Assembly (NCBI RefSeq): GCF_009834535.1
Contig: NC_045696.1
Location: 61,816,001-61,880,000 of the forward strand
From: Camelus ferus
Lineage: Eukaryota
DNA: 64,000 nt
Reading direction: 5' to 3'
Below, one piece after another: positions 11,704 to 24,925 of this stretch. The first letter of the stretch is position 1, and each line of letters opens with the position of its first letter. Under the pieces are notes generated by a model, which searched no databases, was not told the origin of the DNA, and saw only the letters and a list, made by a program, of their open reading frames with translations. The position numbers were made by a program, and so were the translations under genes.

Positions 11704-14029
11704 GAGTATACACATCTAATTCCAATCCAGCCTGAAAACTCCATTAAAACAGTAGAGAAGTCTTTTTTTTTTTTTTTTTTAAATCAAATGACTAAGAACA
11801 AGAGCAGTGAGAATAGCAACAATATTCTGGAAGCTGAAAAGCAGAAAAGGTGAGCAGTAACTGATTAGCAGACTAGAGAAAGCTGAATCCTAAACCAGCA
11901 AGTGGAGAAAGCCAACAAATAGTCATATTTGTGTTTCATAACCTTTTGAAAGTTTCAAGATTTAGTGGTGTCATGTACTGTGGAAATGGAGATGAAGGTA
12001 GGACCAAAAAAAATGTGATTGTGTGAAAGTCTGTTCAAGAAAATTACCTCCAAATCTGACTTTGTTCCCATACATATAAACAGAATTAACTAGAGACTTA
12101 GTATCTGGAGTGGAGAGGATAAAACAGTCCCTGGACTGGGGGATACCTGCATAATTAAGGGTGGGGTACAGTGATTTATAAGGGGACTAAGTGGAAATTT
12201 ACATACTGAAGGCAGAAACCTCTAGCCTTTTTTCCCCAACTTAGTTCCCAGAATCCTGCCCCTTTCCAGCATTGCCCGTTACCCAAAGACTGCCTCTTTT
12301 TCTTTGTCTTTGAGCTTTTCTTTTGGTATAAACAGCATGTCTCTAAATGCCTTCTTATAATGTTACTTTTGATTTCCTAGTTTTAGGCTTTATCTGTTAA
12401 CTGTAGAAGATGAAGATTTAGTTCTTTCACATCTGCTCCTCACTTCTATATATGTGTGCACTTTTTATCTACCCTCCCACCTATCCTAATATAGCAATAC
12501 CATAATTTTGACTAGAATCAGTTTTTCTCAATAGGGGCACTACTGTCATTTTGAATGAGGCAGTTCTTCATTATCATGTCCATTACATGATGTTTAGTAT
12601 TACTGGTCCTGAGGCACTAAGTATCAATACCAGCCTGAATTCATTGCTATAACCAGCAATTTCCCATACATTTCCAAATGTTGGGCTGGAATGACTGGTG
12701 GAGAACCATTGGGTTAGATCAGTGTTTACTTTATTACAATTAAGTGGTAGTCACAGCTAAAGCTGTGTAGTATACAGTGATTTACAGTGACCTTTTCCTT
12801 TCTTATACAACTCTTTGTTTCCTCTGAAATTAATTATCCTTTTTGTTTAGTGTTCTATGTACTAATTAATCTTCCGGCTCTCTTCCAGTTGTCTATATCT
12901 CCTGTCTTTTCATTCAGACACTTTAGAAATTCTGTCAATTTCACATTTTCAGAGACTTCTCTTCTAGAGCCTTCTGACCTCTTCCTTCTGGATTGGTGGC
13001 CCTCTCAGTCTGAGGCACAGTTGTCACTGTTATCTTTCTTTAGTATTCTTTAGTATTCCTCTTGCCTGTCTCTTGTTTTGTTTTGTAAAAGTTTAGTGTA
13101 TTTTAAAAGAATAATATTGCCATCTAAGAATTTTGATTAACATAAAGCTTTAGGAGAGTCCATTGCATACAGCAGGCAAGTGTATTTTGTTTCCAGTTCC
13201 CAATTCTAATATATTTTGTCCTCATTTTTCTCTGTTGCAGAAATATAGATCATGTTGCCTATATTTTGCTACTTGAATACGTTTTTCTTCCATCAGAAAG
13301 GCAGTTATTGATTGGGCCTGTCTCTAGTTTTAGATCTCATTTCCTGGATCTCATGACTTCTTTCTTGATTTTCTCCTTCATTCTGAGTACCTCATGCGGC
13401 TCCCTGAAAAAGGGATACATGGTGGTGTATATTTAGATAAACTTTTTTGTATCCTCAATTTTGATAGTTTGGCTAAGTCTTAAATTCTGTGTTGAAAATA
13501 ATTTTCCCTCAGAACTTTGAAAGCATTAGTATATTTTCTTCTTTCAGTCTTGCTGTTTAAGAAGTTTATTGCCATTCTTATTTCTGATTTTATTTGTATA
13601 TGTAATATGACATATATAAATTACACAAATATAGTTATATAAATCTCCATTTTACATATAAATGTTTTTATATATTTTGTTTTTATGTTATGGATCCTTT
13701 TTTTATTACCTGCCTACCCCCACCCTCAAGCTTATAGCGTTGTTTTGCTCCCAGTGTTCTGAAATTTCATAATTGATATGTCTTGGTATGAGTCTGTTTT
13801 CATTCGTTAGCAGATTCTTTCCTTGTACAAAATCAGATGTCTTTTAATTCTGAGAATTTTCTTGAATCTTATTTGACACCTCCCTCCTTTTGTAATTTCT
13901 TAGTTTATTTTCTGTAACTTTTATTTGGATATTTGATATCCTGACCTGATCCTTTAATTTTCTTATCTTTCTTCATGATTTTCCAATCTGTCATTTTATG
14001 GTACTTTCTGGGAGATTTCCTAAAGTTTT

Positions 14030-15800
14030 TAAATGTTTAAGAAAAATTTTAACTTTGTACTTTGAAATAACTTCAGATTTATAATTTTTAAAAACTTCAC
14101 CCAACTTTTCCCCAATGTTACATTATGTAACTATAGTATATTATCAAAACTGGGAAATTAAGATAATACTATTAACTGATCTAAAAACCTTATTCAGATT
14201 TTGTCATTGTCCCACCAGTTTCCTTTTCCTGGACTAAAACCCAATCCAGGATTACATGTTGTTTGTCTTCTTAGTCTTCTAATCTGGGACAGTTCCTCAG
14301 TCTGTTTTATCTTTTATGACCTTGACACTTTTGAAGAGTATTAGCCAGTTATCCTATAGAGTGTCCCTCAATGTGGGTCTGTCTGTTGTTTCCTTAGGAT
14401 TAAATTCAGGTTGTTTTTAACAAGCATACCACATAAGTGATGGTGCCACATCAGGAAGCATACAATGTCCACATGTCTCATTACTAGTGATAGTAACCTC
14501 AGTCACCTGATTAAGGTGATGTGTGCTGGGTTTTTCCATTGAAAAGCACAATTTTTCCCTTTGTAATCTGAAGTATCTTGTGGGAGATACTTTGAGACTA
14601 TTAAATACCTTGTTTCTTATTATACTTTTACTCTCTAATTTTAGCATCCATTGATGATTCTTGCCTGAGTCATTTCTGAGAGGAGTTGCAAATTGTAACT
14701 TTCTATTTCCATCATTCCTTCTGTATTTATTAATTTGAAATTCTCTATAAGGAAGAGCTATCCCTTCTCCCATTTATTTATTTAATCAGTTGTTTATATC
14801 ACTATAGACTCAGGATGTTTTATTCTTGAGTTATAATCCATTACTATCATTATATATTCAGTTGCTCAGGTTTTTTGGCTGTTGTGAGTCCCTTCAGGTT
14901 GGCTTCTGTGTCCTTTTGACATGTCTTTTTTTTTTTTTTTTTTTTTTGAGCACTTGTCTACTTTTTGGCGCTACACTGATGTTTTAGGCTCCACCTTCTA
15001 CTTCTGCTCCATCTCTGGAATCAGCTATTTCTTTTAAGTGGACAGTAATATTTAGAAACCAAGATCTGAGTGCTAGTGGTGCTCATTGCTACTGGGATGT
15101 AATTACTTCAAGGCCCTCTAAGCAGACAGAGCTAGGAAGTAAATGTCTTGTGTATGTGATCTCTAGATCTGTATTTGTGTGTGTGTATAAAACACACGAT
15201 GAGTTCATATGGATACCACCAGTTTCATTCTGTCACTACAGATTTAAAGCTATCTCACTGTCTTTTTCATTATGTGTAATTCCTTTCACCAACAGTGTGA
15301 AATCTAGCTCTAATTATCTATAGCATATTTACTTATTTGCTCAATTTTGGATAATTTACAGAGTAGTTTCAGAATTAACTCATTCCTCTGTGAAAAATAA
15401 ATTTGCTAACTAAAGAACAATATTTGTATACAGTCCTTTTGTTTCTAGTCTTACTCAGTCAAAATAATGTTTTCCAAAGTTGCTTTGGCTAATTCTTCTC
15501 TGCTCTAGTCCTTTTGGTGCAATTATGTTCTTTGTAATATAGTCATGTTCATCTGTTATTGTTTGTATTTCATTTTAATTATTTGTATATTTTTAAAGTA
15601 TATGAAGCATTGACATAGGCCATAAAAGTCAGAATTTTACAAAAGCATCTTCTGAGAAGTGCCATTCCCCTCTCATCCCTTCTACCATTTTCCTATTCCT
15701 CATTCTTTTCACCCCATTCCCTACCATGCCCTAGGTAACTATTCTCATTAGTTTCTGGTTTATCCTTCCTGTGTTTTGATTTTTCTATTATGAGTTTATT
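14030..15800 (-). mobile_element. Old L1 (L1MC/ME-type) 3' region, antisense
   Basis: Motifs such as ctgggacagttcctcagtctg...atgaccttgacacttttgaagagta and ctaatttagcatccattgatgattcttgcctga-like sequence. Confidence 0.55.
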
Positions 15801-15864
15801 TTATGGGGTGCACAAAGAGGCAGAAAATGTGTATTTTCTTATTTTTTTATTTTATGAAATATGG

Positions 15865-16520
15865 CTATAGTAAAGAATTTAACCTTGTCTCAAAAGAAAG
15901 CCTTTATCCTTGGCTTTTAGGAGGTGACCTCTAAACACTTGGAATGTCATGCCTGATTGGGGTATCTTTATTTGCCTGGGAGCCTTGGGTCACCCTCAGT
16001 ATAACAGTATGATTTAGGATGGGGGTTGGCCACACCAGAAAAAACAACAGCATGATTTAGGGTGATGACTTTGGTATCAGTGGATCTCCAGAGGGGCTGA
16101 AGACTGAGCTCAGTCTATGTGGTCCATCAGTTAGGCCTATAAGCCCCAATAAAACCTCTGGACATCGAAGCTCAGGTGAGCTTCCTTGGCTGGCAGTCCT
16201 TGTCACAAATTGTCACACATTGGTGTTGGGAGAATAATCTGTCTTGGCTCCATGGGGACAGGACAGCAGGAAGCTCCTCATTTATTACCTCTTCTGGACT
16301 CTGCACTGTGTACTTCTTCACTTGCCTGATTTTAATCCATATTCTTAAGCTATAATAAACCATAGCTATTAATTTAATAGCTTTCAGTGAGTTCTGTGAG
16401 TCTTTCTGACAAATTATCAAACCTAAGGTTGATTTTGGAAACTCCTCGACCTTGCAGTTGTTGTCGGAGGTGAGAGTGATCTTGGGTGGACTGTTCTAAC
16501 TGTATGCTTGGCTGAATTAT
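15865..16520 (+). mobile_element. MER21-like ERVL LTR
   Basis: gtaaagaatttaaccttg...cccaataaaacctctggacatcgaagctcaggtgagcttcc...ctttcagtgagttctgtgagtc signature. Confidence 0.65.
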
Positions 16521-16931
16521 ACCATACCATTGATACTCACTTGAACTTTGTGTTTTTCACTTAATCTGGGAATCACTCCATTTTAATTCATAGACCACAT
16601 CCTTATGCTTTTATAGCTTCATTCATTGTGCAGATGAATCATAGTTTATGTAACCACTATCCTATGTATGGGCATTTAGGTTGTTTCCAGTGTTTTGTGA
16701 TTACAAACAGTGTTGCAGTGAATAACCTTGTACTATGTATTTTCATTATTACTGAAAGTATATCTTCAAGGTAAATTTCTAAAAGTTGAGTTGCTGGATT
16801 AATACTTCTATAGTTTTGTTAAATATTGACATATTTCCCTGAAATGATTTTATCAATTTATGTTTCCACCAGCAAAGAATGAAAGTTCCTTTTCTCCCAC
16901 CAACAGAATGTGTTGCATAATTTTTGCCGAT

Positions 16932-17270
16932 TTTTTTTTTTTACTGAGGTAAAATTGACATATAATATTATATTAGTTCCAGGTGTACAACATAATGATT
17001 TAATATTTGTACAATTGAGAAATGATTACACAGTAAGTCTAGTTAAATCCATCACCATACACAGTTCTAGTTCCCTCTAATAGTTTTTTTTTTTTTTTGT
17101 GATGAGGACTTTTAAGATTTACATTCTTAGCATCTTCTAAATATACAATAGAGTGCTGTTAATGATAGTCACCATGCTGCACATTTACATCCCACAACTG
17201 ACTTATTTATGGAAGTTTGTACCTTTTGACCCCCTTCACCCATTCTATCCACCCCCTCAAGCCCCCTTGA
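16932..17270 (-). mobile_element. L1MA-type 3' end
   Basis: poly-T then gaggtaaaattgacatataat...gaagtttgtaccttttgacccccttcaccc. Confidence 0.65.
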
Positions 17271-19195
17271 CGGTTTTTTAATGAGTGAGATTGAACATCT
17301 TTTCTTATGTTTAAGGGCTATTTAAAAATCTTTATTTGTGAATTATCTTCTTATGTCTTTTCTCCATTTTTCCATCAGCCTTTTTGTTCTTTATCCCTTA
17401 ATTTAAGATATTAAATATTAGAGATATTAGCCCTTTACTTTCTATTGAGTTTTTCATTTTTGCTATTTTTAATTTCCAAGGCCTCCTTATAATTTTTTAT
17501 TGTTCATTTAAAAAAAAATAATAACATCCTATTTTTTTCCACCCAATGGATGTAATATTTTCTTCTTAGAGGATAGTGTTAGTTTTTTTTTTCCTTCCCT
17601 CTTTTGTTTCATTGTGGTAAAATATACATAACATAAAATTTACCATTTTAATCATTTTTAGGTATAAAGTTCAGTGGCATTAAATATAATCACATTGTTG
17701 TGCAACCATCACCACCATCCATCTCCCAGATCCTTTTTTATCTTCCTAAACTGAAGCTCTACTCATTAAACAATAACTTTCCTTCTCTCCCCTCTTCAGT
17801 ATTTTAAAATTGACTTCTCTAAATAAGCTTTTGCTTTAATCTGTTTTAGTCTACTTTTTACCTTTAGAAATCTAGTGATTCTTAGTTATCCAGTCATTTT
17901 AAAGGATGACCACTAAGAAGTTGCTTGAAAATTCTGAGCATGTGGTGTGACTTGTTAACTGTGGGTCATGCTGGGCCATTTTGGGGGGGATATCTGTCTT
18001 TTTTTTGTGGACGAATCAGATTCTTAGGGAAGAATCTTCCAAGCTCCTACTTGGCTGGGTAAGACAGATTGCCAGGGTTTGAGGAGATGAGTGGGAAGGT
18101 GTTAGGGGTCTTGTATTCAATATATTATTTCATCTTCAAACTGTGCTTGGGACCCCCTGTCTGCAGAACTTCCGTTTTATTCTTTCTAAAGGAGAACTTT
18201 CCAGTCTTGGGTAGGGGAGGGACAATTAATTAACTGCTGTGTAGAGTTAAAGAGAGGTTTGGGGTCTGATTGCTTCTTAAATTTGGGAGTAATTATTATG
18301 GCCTGTTTAATTGAGGCATCCCCTAATATCAGTATCTGTTGGTCTTTTCTCTTTGAATTATCTGTCCCTACTCCCAGGACTGATCTTCCCCTTAGGGGTA
18401 TAAACCTTTCTGGGAGCTGAGTGGGGAAAGAGGTTAGGGAGGAATTCCCTATGTAAACTAATTTATCCTCCTACTGTGCCCCTGCCCTGAGTTGTGCATG
18501 ATGTGCTTGACTGTTCTGATTCATCCTCCTCAGAAAGCGAAACTTTGGTTATCTGTTTTGTCACGGTAGGAGAAGGGATCTTGCTTCTGTTTCAGACTTC
18601 CAACCAGTCCTTACTTTTTCAGTCTCCTCATACCCTGACCTTCATAAGTGTTGCTGCTTCTGCTTCCAGAGCCTTGCCAAAGTCCTGTAACTTGCTTCTT
18701 GGCTTCCCCTGCTGCTGGCTTAGATTTCAGCTCTTTTGACCTTCTAAGTCTGTTATCACTCATTCATCTGCTTTCTTCTTTCAAAATTTTTATTGCTCTA
18801 GTCTACTTTTTGGTTGTCTTTGCCCTTGAGAGTTTTTGCCTTTTTAAAAACTCTTGTTTCTGAATTCTTAATGGGTTTGGGAGAGGGAACAGAGGTAAAC
18901 ACGTGTACAGTCCTCTTCCCACTCCCCACCCCCCTGCAGAGGAAACCGATGCACAGAAAGGTAGTACAACTTTTCTTAGTATATTATTAGTAAGCTGAAA
19001 TTAGAATATTGAATTTTTGATTCATAGTTTTGCATTTCTTCTGCTCCACCTGCAGTGGCTCATGCCTTTCTTTCTAGGCTAAAGAACCTTCAGTAGTGTT
19101 AGATCTCATTAAATCTGAGGGGAAATCATGTTTGGTTTTTGACTATCATTTTCATCTACCATTTCTTGTAAGTGTGTTCCTGAAGTTTATATTTG

Positions 19196-19201
19196 TATGT
19201 A

Positions 19202-19253
<52 letters not shown>

Positions 19254-19270
19254 CACATATATATATATAT
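19196..19270 (+). repeat. (TG)n(TA)n microsatellite
   Basis: Seen directly. Confidence 0.9.
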
Positions 19271-19990
19271 GAAATTTGTGTTGGTTCTTTTATCTTATAT
19301 TCACTTGAGAGCCAGACTACAACTGGATGAGAGCACCTGATAGAGTCCTGAGTCCTGTCTCCACATAGTCACTCAAAAAGTTTTTGACCGATGGACAGAG
19401 GGGAGACTGGTCCCCCTTTTGAGATACTGATATTTCATGAATGTATTGAATTTATGCCTGTGGATGACTAGACAGAGCAAAAGTACTTGCCCACCCTTTC
19501 TAAAATTTGCTGTATGGAACAAATTGTTTTCATATGGACTCAGTCTTAAATGGTGTCTAGTCCCCTGTCCTTTCTCTTTCATTTTACAAATGAGAACACA
19601 GAATTTGAGTGCCTCACTTAAAGTCACTTAGCTATTGAGAAGCAAGGCCAACACTTAAAAATTCTCTCCTGATCCGTGCCCTGCCTACGACATCAGAAAC
19701 TGGCTGCATATTGGAAAATGATCCTTGAAACTTACTTCTGTCAGAGGCAGGTACAGTAAATGCAGTCATGTTGGAATACTCATGTCTTCCCTCTTTAATT
19801 TTCACTGTGAGGAAATCTTGATCAGGTGGAATCTCACTAGGTCTGATAGTGTAAATTGGACTTCATGTGCTTTTCTCCAATTTTCTAACTCATACTGTGG
19901 TGAATAATATGACCTTATTTTTAGGGTAGAAATGTAACTTTTCTTTCTCTTCTTTCCAGCTGCTTCCAGGTCTCATTATGCATCAGAAAA

Positions 19991-21500
19991 ATGAAAAAAC
20001 AGAAGAAAAGTCTATGGAGGAAAAGAATCCACTTAGCCTTTTCTGAGAAATGGAATACTGGGTTTGGAGGCTTTAAGAAGTTCTACTTTCACCAACACTT
20101 GTGCATTCTGAAAGCTAAGTTGCGAAGGCCAGTTACTTGGAGCAGGCAGTTGAGGCATTTCCAGTGCAGAAAGAGGGCCCTTCAAAACCAGAAAACGTGG
20201 AACCAGGATGAACCCCTTATTGCTAAGGCAAAGTCCAGTGTGGCTGCTCAGAATCTTAGTACTTTGTCCTCTAAAGTGAAGAGAAAAGACACTAAACACT
20301 TCATTTCCTCCTCAAGGACACTCCTGAAATTTCAAGCAGAGAAGTTGCTGTCATCAGCAAAGAATTCTGACCATGAATACTGCGGAGAGAAAAATCTCTT
20401 GAAGGCAGTTGCTGACTTACCAGCAAATTGTGTGTTAAGTCAGGCCAATGGTCACAGACCTAGGACGGAGTCACAGGCTTCTGACTTTCCTATGAAGTTC
20501 AATGGGGAGAGCCAAAGTCCAGGTGAGAGCGGCACAGTTGTGGTCACCTTGAGCAACCATAAGAGAAAGCGCTTTTATTACGGCTGCTGCCAAGGGCTGG
20601 AGCGCCACAGGAATGGGGGACCCCTGATTCCAAAAAATTTCCAACTTAAGCAACATAGAAGAATAAAAGTATCTCTTCATATGATGTATGAGAAATTATC
20701 GATGATTAGATTTCGGTACAGGATTCTCAGATCCCAGCACTTCAGAACAAAAAGCAAAGTTTGCAAGCTAAAAAAAGCTCAGCGAAGCTGGGTGCAGGTC
20801 ACTGGGGACCATCAAGAGACCCTTAGGGAGAACCGTGAGGGTGGCAGTTGCAGCCCATTCCCTTCCCCAGAACCTAAAGACCTTTCTTGTCAGCATCAAC
20901 CATACCTTTCAGATATGGACAGCAATGCTGTGGTGAAGGGAAAGAACTCTCATGTGCCTGATGGCCACGCTAAAGGAAGCCCTCTCGTGGGCAAGGAGCT
21001 TAGTTTAGACGAAGCATTCCCTGACCAGCAGAATGGCAGTGCCACATATACCTGGGAACAGTCACCCTGTTCCTCTCCTAAGTGGGAGTGTGCAGAGCTG
21101 ATTCATGATTTCCCCTTACCAGAACATCGTTCTAGTAGTGTGTTTATCTCGGAAACTGAGAGAGAAGCTATGGCTCTGGGTCAGGAAAATCGGACAAGTA
21201 CTGTCAATGATGACAGAATAAAACTGTCAGAGTCTGGGGCAGATCAGTCTGTAAGTAGTGTAGATGGGCCTGTGTCTGAAGAGACTGTTCAAAATGAGAG
21301 CTCATGCCAGATGGATGAGGATGGATCATTCAAGCAGAACATTCTTAGTTCTAAGTTGCTGGACCACCCTTACTGTAAAAGTCCACTGGAGGCTCCTCTG
21401 ACGTGCAGTGGACTCAAACTAGAAAATCAAGTGGGAGGTGGGAAGAACAGTCAAAAAGCCTCTCCAGTGGATGATGAACAGCTGTCAATCTGCCTTTCTG
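19991..21500 (+). CDS. SENP5: SENP5 exon 2 coding part (exon starts 19960); long N-terminal region, 503 codons + 1 nt
   Basis: MKKQKKSLWRKRIHLAFSEKWNTGFGGFKKFYFHQHLC...DDEQLSICLS is recognisable SENP5; acceptor ttccag|19960; donor CTG|GTATGC. Confidence 0.95.
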
Positions 21501-24444
21501 GTATGCACTCTTCCTTTATTCTCCCCAGTCTCCAGCCACACTTGCTGTCCATTGTCCTATCTAGGAGAGTCCTGTTGTTTCCTTCCACACATGGATTTCC
21601 CTTTAAGCAAGTAGACATTCTTTTTGAAGCCTTTGATATTGCTGTATTATATAGATGTTCCATAACTTACTTAATTCTTGACTGACGGACACTTGTGTTG
21701 CTTCCAGTTGTTTCCTTCTATAAACAATGGTGCAGTGAAATTACTTCTTTATACTTATACAGTTGTTTCTGTAAGTTAAATTCCTAGTAGTAGAATTGAT
21801 GGTAAAAGAATACTCACACTTAAATTTTTAAGTTAATTGCTAAGTTACCCTCCGAAAAGTTAAACGAGTTTGCACTTGTTAAACTTTGCTAGTCTCATAG
21901 ATTGCATGAGAATTCTTTGTTTTAATTCTTTGTGTTTTTAGGTTTAAAGTTTGAACATCTTTTTCTATGTTGGCCATTTTTTATTTGTACATAATTTTCC
22001 TTTGCCTATTTTTCTGTTGAATTGTTTATATTTTATTTAATATATAAAAAGCTCCTATGTACCAGGCACTGTACTAGTTCTAAGAATGTAGCAACAAACA
22101 GGATACACTGATTCCTACCTTCATGTTCCTTAGCATCATTATAGTTTTAAAGATGTTAAATTAAATTTTGGTAAAAGCCTTCAGTATCCTGACTTTGTAA
22201 CTGATATTTTTGCTCAACAGAAAACTTCAGTTCTTACATAGTACAATTTATATGTCTTTACTTTATGGTTTCAAGTTTCTACATCATGCTTTCAAGTCTT
22301 CTTGTCAAAATCTACCTCCATGAAGTCAGTTAGTATAAACATTCTTGGAAGACAGTAGAGCAGTATCAGTCTTCAGCTCATTCCTTTCCTTGTAATTTGT
22401 CCAAGATATAAAAGAGTACAAATATATTTGTACAGGGACATTACGTATAGTATAGTCTTGGTAGTAAAAACTGAAGACAGCAACAAGTGTTTCTATGGAC
22501 ATATAAATTACAGCACATCCAGACACTAGTATACCATGAAACTGTTAAAGAAAAAATTCAATCTTTATTTTGATACTAACCATTGTCTATGTAAAGTCAA
22601 AAAAGCAAGTTGCAAAACAGAAGGATGCCGTTTTGTTAAAAGATATATGTGGACATATGTAGGATGAGTACATATATGTACGTGTGATGTGCATTTGTAT
22701 AGGACAAATCTGGACAGATATATCAAAGTGTTATAAATGTCTTATTCTGGGGAGTTAGGAGAGTTCTTAGTGGTTTAAACAATTCTAACACTTTGTTTTC
22801 TTAACTATTAAGTATGTATAAAAAAGCTTTTCCCACAAAAAAGACAATACAGAGTCCTAGGAAATCTTTAAAAAGATAATTTGTTGTTTATTCTGTCCTA
22901 GAATGAAGATAGATTTTCCTACTATGAGGTTAGCAGAACCATGATTCATAAACCTGAAAAAGTTAACATTTACCCACAAATACCAGTTAACTTATAAATA
23001 TAGATGTAGCACTTCCAAAAACAGTTATTAAATTGAATATATCCTATAGTAAAACTGCAGCATGACATGAAGACATAGGAATTGTCATAGAATTCGTAGT
23101 TCATGATCTGTACTGTAATTATTTTAATAGGCTAAGGGAGAAAAACCATGGCACCTCAGCAAGTACTGTAGGCTTGTTTCCCTTATGTTTAAATCTCTTA
23201 GAAAACTAGAAATAAAGAAAACTTCCTTCACTTGGTAAAGAATATCTGTCAGAAACCAATAGCAGTTCCAGGTTTAAGAGGATGAAATAAGCCCATGGAA
23301 TCTTTTCCTCTCCTATGAAATCTATAAAATTGTAGAAAATATGTTAAAAACATGTGTGTCTCTGTAGTCAAAAACAAGAAGAGTTTTGGTGGATCACAAA
23401 CAGAAACTCCTACATGGCAGCAAGTAGAGACAGGGTCCAGAGAGGAACCCCAGCAGCAGAAGGAAGATTAGTGCAGGAAAATGGTGCAACACTGGGAGTG
23501 TCCCATTTCTGGAGATAGTGGAGGTGAGGAGGAAAGGGGAGACTTATTGTAAAAGGTTGAGGAGTTGGAGAATCTCCACAAAAGCATCTCTCCCTGCCTG
23601 TGCCACATCCCAGCAGAGAGGATATCTCTTATCAAGCTGAAATCCCTCCCCTCAATTTTACTGAAATATAATTGACATACAGCGCTGAAATTCTAAGGAT
23701 AGGTGGGGAGACACAGGACATTTCCCTCTCCCCCTGCTCCATTACTTGTAACACCTGACAAGAATGAAGAACAACCCTTTCCAGAACAGTGTTGGAGGTT
23801 CTTAGCATCCCCACATTGAAAACAGTTCCAAGACATAGCAAAAGCTCCTGTCCATTACAGCCCTCCCTCCACCCAGCAAGTTACTCAAGTAGTGATGAGC
23901 CTACATCTACCACCAGACATCTGAGGAAAGCCAACACAATGGACGAGACAAAACAAATAAGAGAACTAAACCTGAGTAATAAGAATGAATAGAGCAATCA
24001 GAATAAGAATCAATATAGGACAATCAGTATGGTAGATACTCCTTTGACTGACTGACAGCATTGTTGCATGGTATGCTGAATGCTGGCTCTTCTCTAATAT
24101 AACTGCATGTTATGCTCATTTTGTATTTATATATTTATTAAGATCCCATTTTACTTATTAAAATTTACTTTTTGTTTCATGTTTTTATCAAATACTGCAT
24201 CAGCTGATGAAATATGAATTCAGAAAGTTACTCCCTTCAAATCAAGTTGAATGCTTTGCAGTGACAGTAAGTTGCAGAAAAATAATACTGGGTTATATTT
24301 GTACAAGACAACTTTAAAAGATTTGAGGGAGGATAGAAAAATCTAGATTGTATTCAGATTAGCTATCTGTTTTGGAAGGATAAGAAATAGATTCCTATAT
24401 CACAATATATTCCAGATGGATTAAAAATTTAGTTAGAAACAGAC

Positions 24445-24925
24445 ACAAAAACTTGAACACAAATGTTCGTAGCATTGTTATTCATAATAGCCAAAAAGGG
24501 GAAACTACCTAAGTGTCCACCGAAGAATAGATAAATAAAATTTGGTATATCTATACAATGGGATATTATTCTGCCATAAAAAGGAGTGAAGAACTGATAT
24601 GTTTCAGTGTGGGTGAACCTTGAAAACATGCCAAGTGAAAGAAATCAGACATAAAATGTTACATACTATATGATTCTGTTGATTTGAAATGTTCAGAGTA
24701 GGCATATAGAAAAGTAGATTAATGGTTGCCTGGGGGTGGGGAGAGCAAGGAATGAGGAGTGACTGCTAACAGGTGCAGAGATTCTTTGTGGGGTAATGCA
24801 GATGTTCTGAAATTAGATAGTGGTGATGGTTGTACAACTCAAAATATACAAAGAAATCTCTGAACTGTAAACTTTAAAAGGGTGAATTTTGTGGTACATG
24901 AATCATAGCTCAAGCTGTTAAAAAG
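24445..24925 (+). mobile_element. L1MB-type 3' end
   Basis: aaatgttcgtagcattgttattcataatagccaaaaag...gatagtggtgatggttgtacaac...tttaaaagggtgaatttt. Confidence 0.7.
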
